A DNA stretch of 64,000 nt. Source: Klebsormidium nitens (Eukaryota > Plantae > Klebsormidiophyceae). Location: contig DF237457.1 in NCBI GenBank assembly GCA_000708835.1, positions 1 to 64,000 of the forward strand, written 5' to 3'. Position numbers and translations under genes: made by a program. The first letter of the stretch is position 1. Each line of letters starts with the position of its first letter. The notes beneath the pieces were generated by a model. That model was not told the DNA's origin. It saw only the letters and a program-made list of their open reading frames with translations, and made no database searches. Of the stretch, positions 13,101 to 24,048 are shown piece after piece.

Positions 13101-16100
13101 CGGAACACTGGAAAACCATTGTTTCCTTCTTCGGCAGGCACACCGTGAAGCTGTTCCAGTCCTGCCCGGAGGTACTACAACAGCAGCGGGGCCAGTCAAG
13201 ATACGTGCTTGGTAAGACCCGTTTGTTTCGAACGCCTGATTGTAAACGCGGTGCTGATTAGATGGATCGCTACTGGACATCTGCTAGTGTAGCTTTGACC
13301 GGTAGAAGTTAGGATTACGATACACTGTGATGGACGTCCGCTGCTTCGACAGAGTTGGCTTGATTCTGGTCACTTGATGGACCAGGAGAGATATTATCTT
13401 TTTGATGAGAGGGAACGACACAATGCTCGTCCTGAATTTCGCCTCATATCCTGGTCGGCTGTTTTGTCCCTGTTGTAAGCTCATAAACGGTCTCTTAACC
13501 TGATCAAATGTGTTGTCTCTCTTGTAATATCACAGATGACCCACAGAGCTAAGTTGTGGAGCCTTTGCGGTCTTTCAAACCGACAACGAAATTGTTTCCA
13601 ACAAATAGAAGCATCTTTGCCTCCAGCCACAGAAATTTGATCTCCCTCCTTCCTTTGCAGTCGACGAGTTCCAGGACACTGACACGTGTCAGTTCGAGCT
13701 GCTCCGCCTGCTGTGCGCGCCCGCGCCCGGCGACTCGGGCCGCGTGACGGTGGTGGGCGACGATGACCAGCAGATCTACACATGGCGGGGCGCCGCGGGC
13801 CTGCGCAACTTCGCGGCATTTGACGAAGCGTTCCCGGATGCCAAGACAGTGCTGCTAGAACAGGTGAGCAGCAGGCGTATGGGAAAAGGGTCACTGACAC
13901 TCTGACCATCTCTCGGTGCGCTTTCTCTACTTGTGCAGCACTTTAACGTCTTGAAGTCACACCCGTCTTGAAGTCATGAGTTGTGGTCATCCTTTCTTGT
14001 TAACTGTACTGTCCAACTCAGAAAATTTGCTTGGAGCATCTAGAAACGTAATAGCAAGTTTATCGCAAAGCGCTGTCTGTCTTATGCTTTGAGCAGCATA
14101 CTAGAGTGGACGCGCGCAACAACTGCGTCCCAATAGACATCGCAGCCCGTCCCTAGCACTTTTGTCCCTTCACTTCTGTTTCGTTTCGTTGGAAATCTAT
14201 TTTAGGGCCTCCTCACCCTCGTCCGCCCTTCCGCTCCGTGCAGAACTTTCGGTGCTCCGCCGCCATCGTCTCCGCGTCGCGCATGGTCATCTCGCGCAAC
14301 ACGCGGCGCCGCGCCAAGTCCATCCGGCCGGTCGCCCCCTTCGGAGTCGCCGTCACTGTTTCCGAGTGCCGCAACGAGGCGTGCGAGGCGACCGAGGTAG
14401 CCGAGGCCATTCACGAACTGGTCGCCGCGCAAGGCCTTGTTCTGAGCGAGATCGTCGTGCTTTACCGGCTGCAAAGAGTGGGGCTCGACGTCATGCAGGG
14501 CCTCCGAGCGCGGGGGATCGCGTGCCACTTCAAAGGGAGCGGGTCCGGTGGGGGTGGGGGAGAGGAGGGGTTTGGGTTTGGCGCGAGCGGGGGTGGGAGT
14601 GCTTTCGAGGACGTTTTGGCTGTGTTAGCCTTAGTGGTGAACGAGGGAAACGATGCGGCGTGCGCGCAGTTACTGCACACGTGCAGCCAACACGTGGCGG
14701 CCCCCGACGGCGCGGCACTGGCCTGCGTAAGCCTCCTGAACCACGAGAAGGGGATCCCCCTGCTGGCCGCAATCAAAAGCGTGCGCGCGCATGCGCTCGG
14801 AGTCATGCCGTGCGCAGAGCTGCGGGAGTTCGCGCCGGCCCAATCGCTGGACGCCACGTCAGCAACCATCGGCGCCATGCTGGCGGTGTTGAGGATCGTA
14901 GCGGCCGCGAAGCAGGAGGCGCAGCAACTGGGGTGCAAGGACCTGGTTCTAAACGTACTGAAGCAAGTGGCGCCGTATCACGGAAGCGAGGCGCAAGATG
15001 GAGAAGAAGTGCCTACACAAGGGACGAGAACAGGGAAATCGTCGCAGCCTGGAAAGGGAAACGGGGTCAAGGGGAGCTTCGCGTTTGCGGGCATCAAGGC
15101 GCTGATTCGAGAAGCGGAGCTGTTTGAGGAAGCCGAATCAAGTCGCGTGCCCGAGACGCCTAGCGCATTAAAGCCCCCATTGAGCCAAGCAGAGGGTGCG
15201 GCCTTAGACGGAACGTATACAACCGGCGGAATGACGTCGGCGAGAAACGTGGGAACGGTTATTCAGGACGGCAGTCCGCTCCGGCGAGAAGGCGTTTCGT
15301 TACGGCCGGAACAGGTGCCATGTCAGCCCCTGGGTAGGGACAATGGGGCAGAGGCGAGCACCAGCGGACGGGGCCAGGACCCGCAACTCTCGGGGGGGCA
15401 GAATGGCTGTGTTAAAACACCCCTGCAGGGACGGGAGCAAAGGGAGGGCTGGCTGACACCGCCGCCTAGCAGGGGGCTGAGCAACTTGGATAACACGCCG
15501 TTGAGGATGGGGTCCCAAGGTTCGGGGCAACAATCGAGCCATCTGAGAACGTCGGCAAGCAGAGGGGGTGAGTGGAATCTGCAGGCTCTGCTTGCAATGT
15601 CCTGTTGTTGCCATCTTATTGTAACTAAGTTAGAAGGGTTGAGAAAACCAGAACTTATATATCTCTCCGCTCCGGTAAGCGAAGCAATCAAAGACTTTGC
15701 TCCCTGAGATGGACTAGCAAAAGCACAGGTTACTCTACTTGACTGCATAAATTGTGCATCTAACGACCGTGCAGTGAACACGCAAAGCTCTGCCCTACTG
15801 TCATTTGTGGGCGACTCGTATCGGGCAGCTTCATTTTTGTGCAGAAGCTTGCACAGAAAAAAATTGTCGCGCTTTTGATTTTTTAAGTACATGCTCATAC
15901 TCTTTCCAGAGAACCAAGGCCTATTGTATCCAGGATTCAACGATGTCGTATTTCGGAGTTATAATCATCAGCGCGTTGTAGGCATCGGAGCTTCTAAAGG
16001 TCTTGTATTTCGCTGCTTCCTTCCGCTCCGCTTTTCAGGTCACACGTCCCCCCGCTTTGCAGGCTGCGGTCCTGCGCGCGAGGGCAGCTACGCGGACCTG

Positions 16101-19007
16101 ATGGCGAAGCGCGGCCGCCGCAGCACTCCCGCGCAGCTCAGCAGCGCGCTCCGATCCGTCCCCCCGGTGCCGCGGCCCAATCTGTGTCTGACACCTGGCA
16201 CCACTCCGTCCACCGCTCCCCGAGCAGAGTCACCCTTACGCAATCCCGCCAAGGAAACGTCAGCAACGGGGGTGGAGTCCGGCGGGTTCTCCTTCGCCGT
16301 TACTCCGTGCGAGGACAGCCGGAGCCCCACCCTGTTCAAAGCCCCGGGGGCCAGCAGGCCTGCGGAGGGATCCCCCGCCTCGACCCCTGTCGCCAATCCC
16401 CGGACGCATCCCCATCCTAGTTATGCCCCGAGCTCGCAATCGGGAAAGACCGCCAAACGAATCGGCGCAACCGAAGCGGCCAGGATTGCCCGCTTGCAAA
16501 AGTTCGTGGACCGGGTGATGTTGCGCAGCGAGGAACAGGAACTAGGGGAGGCGGGAGATTTGGGCGCGGGGCCAGAAGAGAAGGACGGAGAGGAAGAGGA
16601 GGCGGTGACTCTGACCACGATCCATCAGGTTGGTTAAAACTGGCTATTTTTCGGCGCTTCGGGGAAATGCTCTTCGAGAACTTTTCGAAACCTTTGGCAA
16701 GCGTGTTGAGCATTCATTTTCTGGTTTTCTTTAATTTTGTTGACGTGTTTTGAAGGTGTGTGCTGTAAAATTTCGAGGATGCTTAGAGAGAGCATCGATA
16801 GCAGTCTTAAATCAGAACTGCCCTTCGATATCGCGCTTTTTTCTTGACTCACAGACCTGCAAGGGAGCCGCCGATCTAACCATCCGGACGATCGCCCTTG
16901 CTTCTACCAGCTCCATTTTTGCAATTTAATCGCGAGTGCCGCAAGCTTTGGCGTGGGCTTCTACTGTAATCACGTTATGTTTCTCTCCCTCTTTTCTTCG
17001 GTCCCCTGGATCAAAATCCTCTGCACATTCTAGAAGACCTCCCCCCGCGAATCATGCCTGCAGCCGTTCCTGGACTCCCTCCCATTTTCTTCGAGCAGGC
17101 CAAAGGCCTTGAATGGACCGCCGTGATCTTGGTCCGTGCCATCGAGGGCGTCCTACCGCTCTCCGACCATTCGTACACGTCCGCACGGGAGACTCGGACG
17201 GTGGTCGTCAGAGATCAAGGGCACATGCCGCCAAGTGCGAGTAACGCTCAGTTGGGCGATGGGCCGAGCGTTACGGCGGCCGACACCGTGGACAACGTTG
17301 CGGCGCTGGGGGCAGTCCGGAGGGAGGGGGGCGACGACGAGCCTGAAGCGTTGGAAGAAGAGGTGAGGCTTGATGAGGATCGTTTGAGATTTTATGACAG
17401 GTGGACACATTGTCAACGTTATTGTTTTGAGAACTCGCGCCCTGGCCTCTCTTCAAAAGTACCTGGAAACTTCGCTTCATCCTCAACACAAGAGCCTGGC
17501 AGTATAAAGGATCCTGATCATGTTTCTGCAAGGTTGAGTCCGCGTTCAAAAGGATGTGGTGACATAAGATGGGTCACGACGTCAGCACGTCAGCAGTGAA
17601 TATGATGGCACCCTTTCCGTTGTCCAGGAGTTGTCTGTCTTGCTACTTTGAAAGAGAATGTGAGGTTTCTTACTACAATGCTTCTCGCTCCTCCTTGCAG
17701 CGGCGGCTTCTGTACGTCGCTCTCACGCGAGCCAAACGATTCTTCATGGTGAGAAGTCAGTCTCGCATGCGGGCATATGTGGAGTGTGACGTGTCGCTAG
17801 TGCTGATGCGTACCCGTGGACCCCAGAAGTTGGAAGCCGAGACGCCTTTGCTTCCTGATATGTTTGCGCACGAAGTAAGGAAAGGAAACGTTGAAATGCG
17901 CAGGGAGTTGAGCGTACTGCTAATGGCTTCTTTTGCACACGGCTCGGTCAGCTTACCTTACGCCTCGCGAGGGGACTGGTCGTCCTGGTCACTTCGGTCG
18001 AGCCTCCTGCTGTGCGATCCTCCTCAATCACGAGGCGCCAAGTCTTCTCGGGTCTTCTTTGCAGCAAGTTTTATACCTAAGCAGAAAGCTTGTACCTCAG
18101 CAAAAAAGCTTGTGCCTAAGCAGAACAAATTGTGCCTAAGCAGAATGGCTATCTCAGCGGATGCGAGTGTGCGGAAGCCGGCTTTTTGCGCAGGTGACTC
18201 ACGTGATGTCCGATGGCGGCCAGCAGCGGAGTCCCTCGCGCTTCCTGCAGGACATTCCCAGAGGTGAGGTACAGGAGCTTAGGATGCTTGGGAACACTTC
18301 AACGTTCGAATCAGCTTTTGGTCTCAGGCGCGCGATGGGGCAGAGCCGTGCATTCGGACCCTTATCAACAGGACAACGTTACAGTGGCATGCTATCCACC
18401 GAGGGCCTGTTCACTGAAAATTGCGGGTTCCGAAAGGGCTGCAATTGCTCCCCTTGTGGCGAGATTGACAAGATCAACTTAGTGCGGGATGCCCGGCAGC
18501 TCCTCTTCCAGATAAGTCTTCTGACGCAACAGGTCCGTCCGCAAATTGCCTACGCACCCGTTGACGACTGCATATTCTACAGGCCTGACGAGAAGAACAC
18601 AGCGCTACGATGTTGGGCCACCCCCCCAGGCGCTTACCCCAAGTCAGTCGCAGGCTGCGGGGCCCAGCCAAATGGGCCCCGGTCGACCATCACCGGGCAC
18701 GTCGAAGCGTGGCGGAAGCTCGCTCGCGAAGACGGGACGGGCTGAGAAGTCGAGGGGCAGGAAAGGGGGCGATCAAGGTGGCGTCAAAAAAGGCCGGGGG
18801 CGGAAAGAAGGGGAAGACAAGGAGAACGCCGGGGAGGGGAAGAAGCGGAACGGGAGGAAACGGAACGCGAAGAAGGTGGTTGACGAGGAAGTGACCGCTG
18901 ATTGTGATGTTGGCACGTCGGATGCTGAGAAGGATGCTGAGATTGACGAGCCGCTAGCGAGGCGAAGGCAGGTGAAGCGACGGCCTTTGCGAGTGGTCGA
19001 GGACTGA
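10136..19007 (+). CDS. SRS2: UvrD/REP/PcrA-type SF1A ATP-dependent DNA helicase, SRS2-like, ~1235 aa
   Basis: 15 exons: 10136-10255, 10685-10738, 10970-11002, 11167-11367, 11634-11720, 12031-12145, 12540-12663, 13138-13211, 13661-13863, 14244-15567, 16063-16628, 17099-17362, 17701-17748, 18194-18263, 18583-19007; all in phase. Motifs AAAGSGKT, VTFTRRA, GTFHSF, VDEFQD, VGDDDQQIYTWRGA, LEQNFR, TIHQAKGLEW, EEERRLLYVALTRAK. Orthology to SRS2 is inferred. Confidence 0.92.
18061..18145 (+). repeat. Intronic minisatellite, ~4.3 copies of a ~20-bp unit
   Basis: Units gcagcaagttttatacctaa, gcagaaagcttgtacctca, gcaaaaaagcttgtgcctaa, gcagaacaaattgtgcctaa, gcagaa. Confidence 0.75.
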
Positions 19008-19801
19008 TTGCAGGGGTGAAGATGCGAAGGAGGACTGCCCGATAAGCAGTGAAGTAGCCTATAGCTTCCCAAACAACTCTTCTTTTTCCAGCTAGACTTA
19101 CGATAGGACCTAATATTACGTGATTGGTGATTTCCTGCGCGATCGCTCGCCTGTTACAGTCGGATCGAGCTTGATTTTTTGTTGAGGAGGCGAACTCGCG
19201 TTTCAACCGCTGAATACACGGAATCAAGAAGGTGCAATATAGGGAATAGTTGAACATTTGAAAGATATGTAACGCAGGCATGCGGCCTACTACAGATTCA
19301 CAAATGCTGTGACTTTCCATGCAAGTCCGATTCACGTACGGACCATTTCCATCTGCTCCCTTTGCTTTATCAAAATATGCTATCTGCCAGCGTTGGCGAA
19401 GGGCCTGGTCGTTACGCGTTCGGAGTCGTTCGTACAACGATGCCGCATGGGCGCAGATCAAGCTTGATCTACGCCCACAGAGCGCCGGCGTCTAGTAGCT
19501 TGGCCGCCGCGCCGTACTACCTAACTTCACGGCTTGCATCATTCAGCTGATGGATCATAAGCCGCTCTGAACTGTCTACACGACAGTGCACTTGCATGTG
19601 GGGCCGGGCCGCCGATCTTCCAGTCGTGTACCGGCGCGCTTGAAAAATAAGTTGATCACAGACTCCGGCCGGCTAATGAAGCTCGGCGCTACGTATTACT
19701 TAGCTATTTTCAAAGCTGGGCTCAACCGCGGGCAACCGCGGGCATGCTTCGATGCATCGCAAGCCTTGCCTTTGCTTCGGCCAGCGGGGGGGCCATGACG
19801 C

Positions 19802-19966
19802 GACACTTTAGGAATAGTACTAAAAGCTCAAACCAACCTATCCTAACCTATAGAAACTACCCACCTGCTCCGCACCCATACCCACCCTAACCCCCAAACT
19901 AAGCCTACCCGTACGTCCCTGGCTGGTGAGCTTTCGATTCCTAATACCTACTGTTCCTGAAGTGTC
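19802..19966. mobile_element. Short fold-back/MITE-like element with a C-rich telomere-like core
   Basis: 18-bp inverted repeats (19802-19819 gacactttaggaatagta vs 19949-19966; 16/18 match). The core at 19876-19905 is 26/30 identical to the reverse complement of 28412-28441. No target-site duplication seen. Confidence 0.5.
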
Positions 19967-20342
19967 ATGACTCGGGAAGGCCTTTCTCCTGCCACACACG
20001 TTTAGCCTGCCTACTGTCACCGGCAGTCACCTCAACGAGAATCCATCGTGCTCGGAATCCAACGTGGCAGCCGCTGATCGAGCGGCCAGGTCACCACAAC
20101 GCGGCCGCGGTGTCGCCTGAATAAAGACGCGGATCGGATCATGATGCTGGTACACAACACTTCGGCCTGTTGGCCGTTTGATCGATCATCGAACGGCTGG
20201 GGAGCACATTTCAGCCATTACGTTCTGGCATGGCTGCTTCATAGCTGACATAAGTTTAGGTGAGAGCTTAAGTGACCCAAGCTAAGTTGAAGGCGAGATC
20301 GCGCCCATACCTTGCAACCTTGGGCAGAAGCATTCGGCACCA

Positions 20343-22433
20343 ATGGCGGCGGAAGCACTTGACAGTCCCTCGCAGCAGGCTACTAGCATTCAAGATCTCC
20401 CAGCAGAGTGCCTGGGCCTTATCTTCAAAGGCTTAAAGGCGAAGGACAGGCACGCCTGCTCTGAAGTGAGTGCATCTCCTTCACCACCAACAACCGAACA
20501 GTTCTTTTATCCCCAACTTGTTCTTGGAGCTTCATCAGATCTGTGTAACATACCATGCAGAAGAGAGACTTCGGCCTCAGCAATAAGCACGATTCTTAAT
20601 ACAACGGCCTTCGACAGCAAAATCTGGAAACAACGAGACAGTCTGTAACAAATCACAATATTCTGAATCCTGGCTTCCATAATTCTAAGAGCGTTTGTTC
20701 ACCTCGAGGAACCGTGGTGCATTCTACCCCTCCCTGTCAAGTCGGCAGTATCTCTTTCTAATTGCAGGTGTCTCGCGCTTGGAAGCTGCTGGATGAAGAG
20801 ACGCGCGAGGATCTGTACATCGGCCTGATGTTCAAGCGTGGGCGCAAGCCAATCTCCACACCTGCGGCCCTTGCACTGGTCCTCCAAAGGTTCAAAAACC
20901 TGCAAAGACATACGCTGGTAGACATGGAGCTGTCTCCGCAGCTTTTGCATGTAAGTGCCTTCTGCTGTCCTTCTGACTCCGTACTTCAAATTTGAGCTCT
21001 GAAGACTACCAAACATTCATGGATTGCTCAGTAAGGTTGCGTGACTGAATGGCAGCTACTAATCAGATTCTCTGATTAATAGAAGGCGGTTAGATCGTCA
21101 CCTTAAAATGAAGTCAGGACGACATCTATCGTGACTTCTTGAAAGCTGTGAAATGATTCCGTAAGGTTTTCCGCCAAAGCAGCCTCTGAAACTGTATTGA
21201 GAGAAACCTGGCTTTGTCTCATTACAGGTACTCAATTCCGCCTGCAAGAACATCTCAGCGCTGAATATGCAAAGCTGATAGCCTCAACATCGCAAAACTG
21301 CACCTGCCGAACTTGAGCATTCTTCACTTGACGAAGTAAGAGCCAGTAGGAGAAATGATTTCAAAAAGGAGCCTCCATTCTGTGCATAAAAAGTAACGGA
21401 GTTCGTCGGCCTATTCTTGATGTCAAAAGATACTCAACGCTTGCCATGATGATGGTAGTCAAGAGGAGCGCTAACGTAAAGATGATTCCCGATCTGTTCG
21501 GAAAAAGTGACCTTTCCGGCGAAGAAAAGATGGATCTGCTAAAGCCGTTCTACGTAATTTGTATAGGGTATCCTCGACTGGGAGCTGCACCTTGTAGTGA
21601 CTCAACCTGTCCTTTGTCGATGCCTTTGATGCGATGTACTCAGTGCTGAGAGCTGACCCTCCCTCAACATCTCCCGCAGGCTGCCGGAACTGTCTGATGC
21701 TGGCTTTCTCAACCTCGCTCAAAGCTCCAGCGCCCTGAAGGAGCTGTATCTCGAAGAGGAGTCAGTGTTCCTCCTGACTGACGCCAGCATGGCTGGCTTG
21801 AGGGCTTTGTGTCCCGCCCTCGAAAGGCTGACTCTAAACCGTGTTCAAGGAGTTTCAGGACACGGAATCGGACACGGGTGTCCGACCTTGACACAACTCC
21901 GCTGCTTTGCTGCAACAATCGATGCCGTCGGCTTGCAAGCCGTGTGCAAGGGGTGTCCCAAACTCAGGGAACTGAGCCTGGACACGTCAGCTTTAGAGCA
22001 ATCGTCAGATTTTGAAGCAATCAGATTCTGTCAGTCGCTTCGAGATCTTGAGATCCTTAGACGTACTCCTGCATTGCGCGATGCCGCTGTGACCACCATA
22101 CTCAACAAGTGCAAGGAGCTGCGGACGCTTCGTGTGGGGAATTGGATCTCGGACGGTCCGGCAACCCCACCCTTTGTTGGCAACGGAAACCTGACCTTTT
22201 TGGACCTCGGTTGTTCCTCTGGACTGAACGCTGAGCAGCTCCACAACTTCGTCACGAAGCTGTTTCCTTCGCTACATTGCTTGATAATCTTTCGTGTCAC
22301 AGGATTAGATTGGACATTTGAGAATATCAGAGACCAATTGCAGCAAAGGAGCCGACAGTTGGAAGTCCCTAGGTGTTTCTATGAATTAAGCAGGTGCATC
22401 CGCAAGTCAAACTGGCAAGTGTTCGTGACGTGA
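20343..22433 (+). pseudogene. F-box/LRR protein gene, copy 1, frameshifted in exon 3 (probable pseudogene, null allele or assembly indel)
   Basis: Exons 20343-20465, 20768-20950, 21228-21335, 21680-22433. F-box TSIQDLPAECLGLIF..DRHACSEVSRAW plus LRRs. Exon 3 is 108 nt versus 116 nt in the paralog, giving an in-frame TGA at 21276-21278. Confidence 0.75.
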
Positions 22434-22751
22434 AGGCGAGAAAGTATGAGGAACTTTCTTGATTGTAAGTGCACTCTGAAGGGATTGGGGCGTGCTAAGA
22501 TAGTTCATAAGCTTCACTTGCAGGCCAGTCCCGGGATATATAGCTTTTCGAATCAAATCGAATAGCAGCATAGGGAGCGACTGCAATAATTCGAGTTATG
22601 TTTTAAGTGAGATCGTGTGATATAGCTGACAATCACATTCATGCAATCTGATATCCGTCAAGGCCGCGTTGACGCAAGCTGGACCGGCCGCCGCTGTGAT
22701 CCTATAAATGGCGTCTACTCACAGCGCCACTGGCCATGATGTCGGAGGGCC

Positions 22752-22799
22752 AGGCAACCGAAAGTGTGCTCAAGTAGGCAACCGAAAGTGTGCCCAAGT
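22752..22799 (+). repeat. 24-bp tandem duplication
   Basis: aggcaaccgaaagtgtgctcaagt followed by aggcaaccgaaagtgtgcccaagt (1 mismatch). Confidence 0.85.
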
Positions 22800-24048
22800 T
22801 GATTGCGGCTTGGTCCGTCGGAGTCAGATTGCTGCAGATGTGAGTGCGTGCGAGTGCAATGCCAGGGTTCATTAATGAATTCGTTCTACTGCCAAGTTGG
22901 CAGCTAGTGTACGTTGGCCGGTCGGGGCTCTATATTGATTGATTGATTTATTTATTTATGGTCCCTACGGGGCCATAACAGGTGCAGCATATGTATCAGG
23001 TGCAGCAGATCGTGTGCAAGTGACGAGCAGCGATATGAATGGCAGAACCGGAAGCACTTCATCATCATAGCATCTTTATCTAGCTAGCAGCGTTAACGCT
23101 TAAGTTCATGCAGGGCTTGCAATGTAGTCACATGAGGGTTTGATGGACTCCGCAGGGGGACCCAGCACCTTTTCAAAGTACTTCAATACTGATTTTGCAA
23201 TTATGCAGCAGGCTCTCCTTAAAAGATTCGTAAAAGATAGTGGTTGAACTGAGACGACAGGTGGCCGAGCGCGCACAAATGCGCAGCTCTACATCTGCAA
23301 TGGACTTATGCAGTGCATGCCTAGTTTGCAACGGCCGCCGTGCATGGTGCATATTACGTGCTCAAGTGTCCGGTCCGCCATCATTGATCGCCTTGGAGAT
23401 GGTCACTGGTATGACGCGCGGTTGGGGTCTTGGGCCGGCCGGCGGGCCGGCCAGCTAGTATTTCGTGCAACGTACAGCAGCTGTCCATGCTAGATACAGA
23501 CTACGTACACGGACTACATCGTCAACCAATTGACAATGAATTAAGGCTTCACGTTCCAATCGATCTTTGAATGCTGGACATATGCGCGCGCTGCGACTTT
23601 TAATTGCAATTTGGCACTGGGACTCACGTGCAAGAATTCCAAACTTCGTTATATGCACATCCGAGGATCATTTGCAGGGCCGAACGTTTAAATTTTGGGC
23701 CACTTGTTGTATGCGTGAGCCCTTTTCTCAATCCGGGCTTACCGAGTATAGGTACACACCAGTCTCTCATTTCACTCATGCAAGTTCTGTTCAATTGCTT
23801 TTCTGCGGTCCCAGCTGACTTGAAGATGCCAGGCCTGAGCTACAAATGTCCTGAGCTTCAAAAGTATGTACACAAATGCTTATCCAGCTGCCACACTGGC
23901 ACACTTTCATTTGCTATAAATAGATCATCAAAACATGATCAGCTACTCTCAACTCTCTCTGCAACACAACTCGCTGTACAAAGTTTCTGTCAATCCCTAG
24001 CTCTACTTTTGTTCTGTGCAGTCAATTGTACAATGGATGTCGACACTC

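Noticed and set aside
12610-13143. 177-aa antisense ORF in helicase intron 7
   Set aside because: It mirrors a T/C-rich intron, which is stop-poor on the reverse strand. No recognisable domain or splice support.
14162-15127. Long alternative-frame and antisense ORFs over GC-rich exons (also at 6691-7323, 55520-56044, 61450-62136)
   Set aside because: Shadow ORFs of GC-rich coding exons, R/A/G/P-biased, with no motifs.
22944-23010. (ATTG)n/(ATTT)n microsatellite and short caggtgcagca duplication
   Set aside because: Ordinary slippage repeats with no sign of function.
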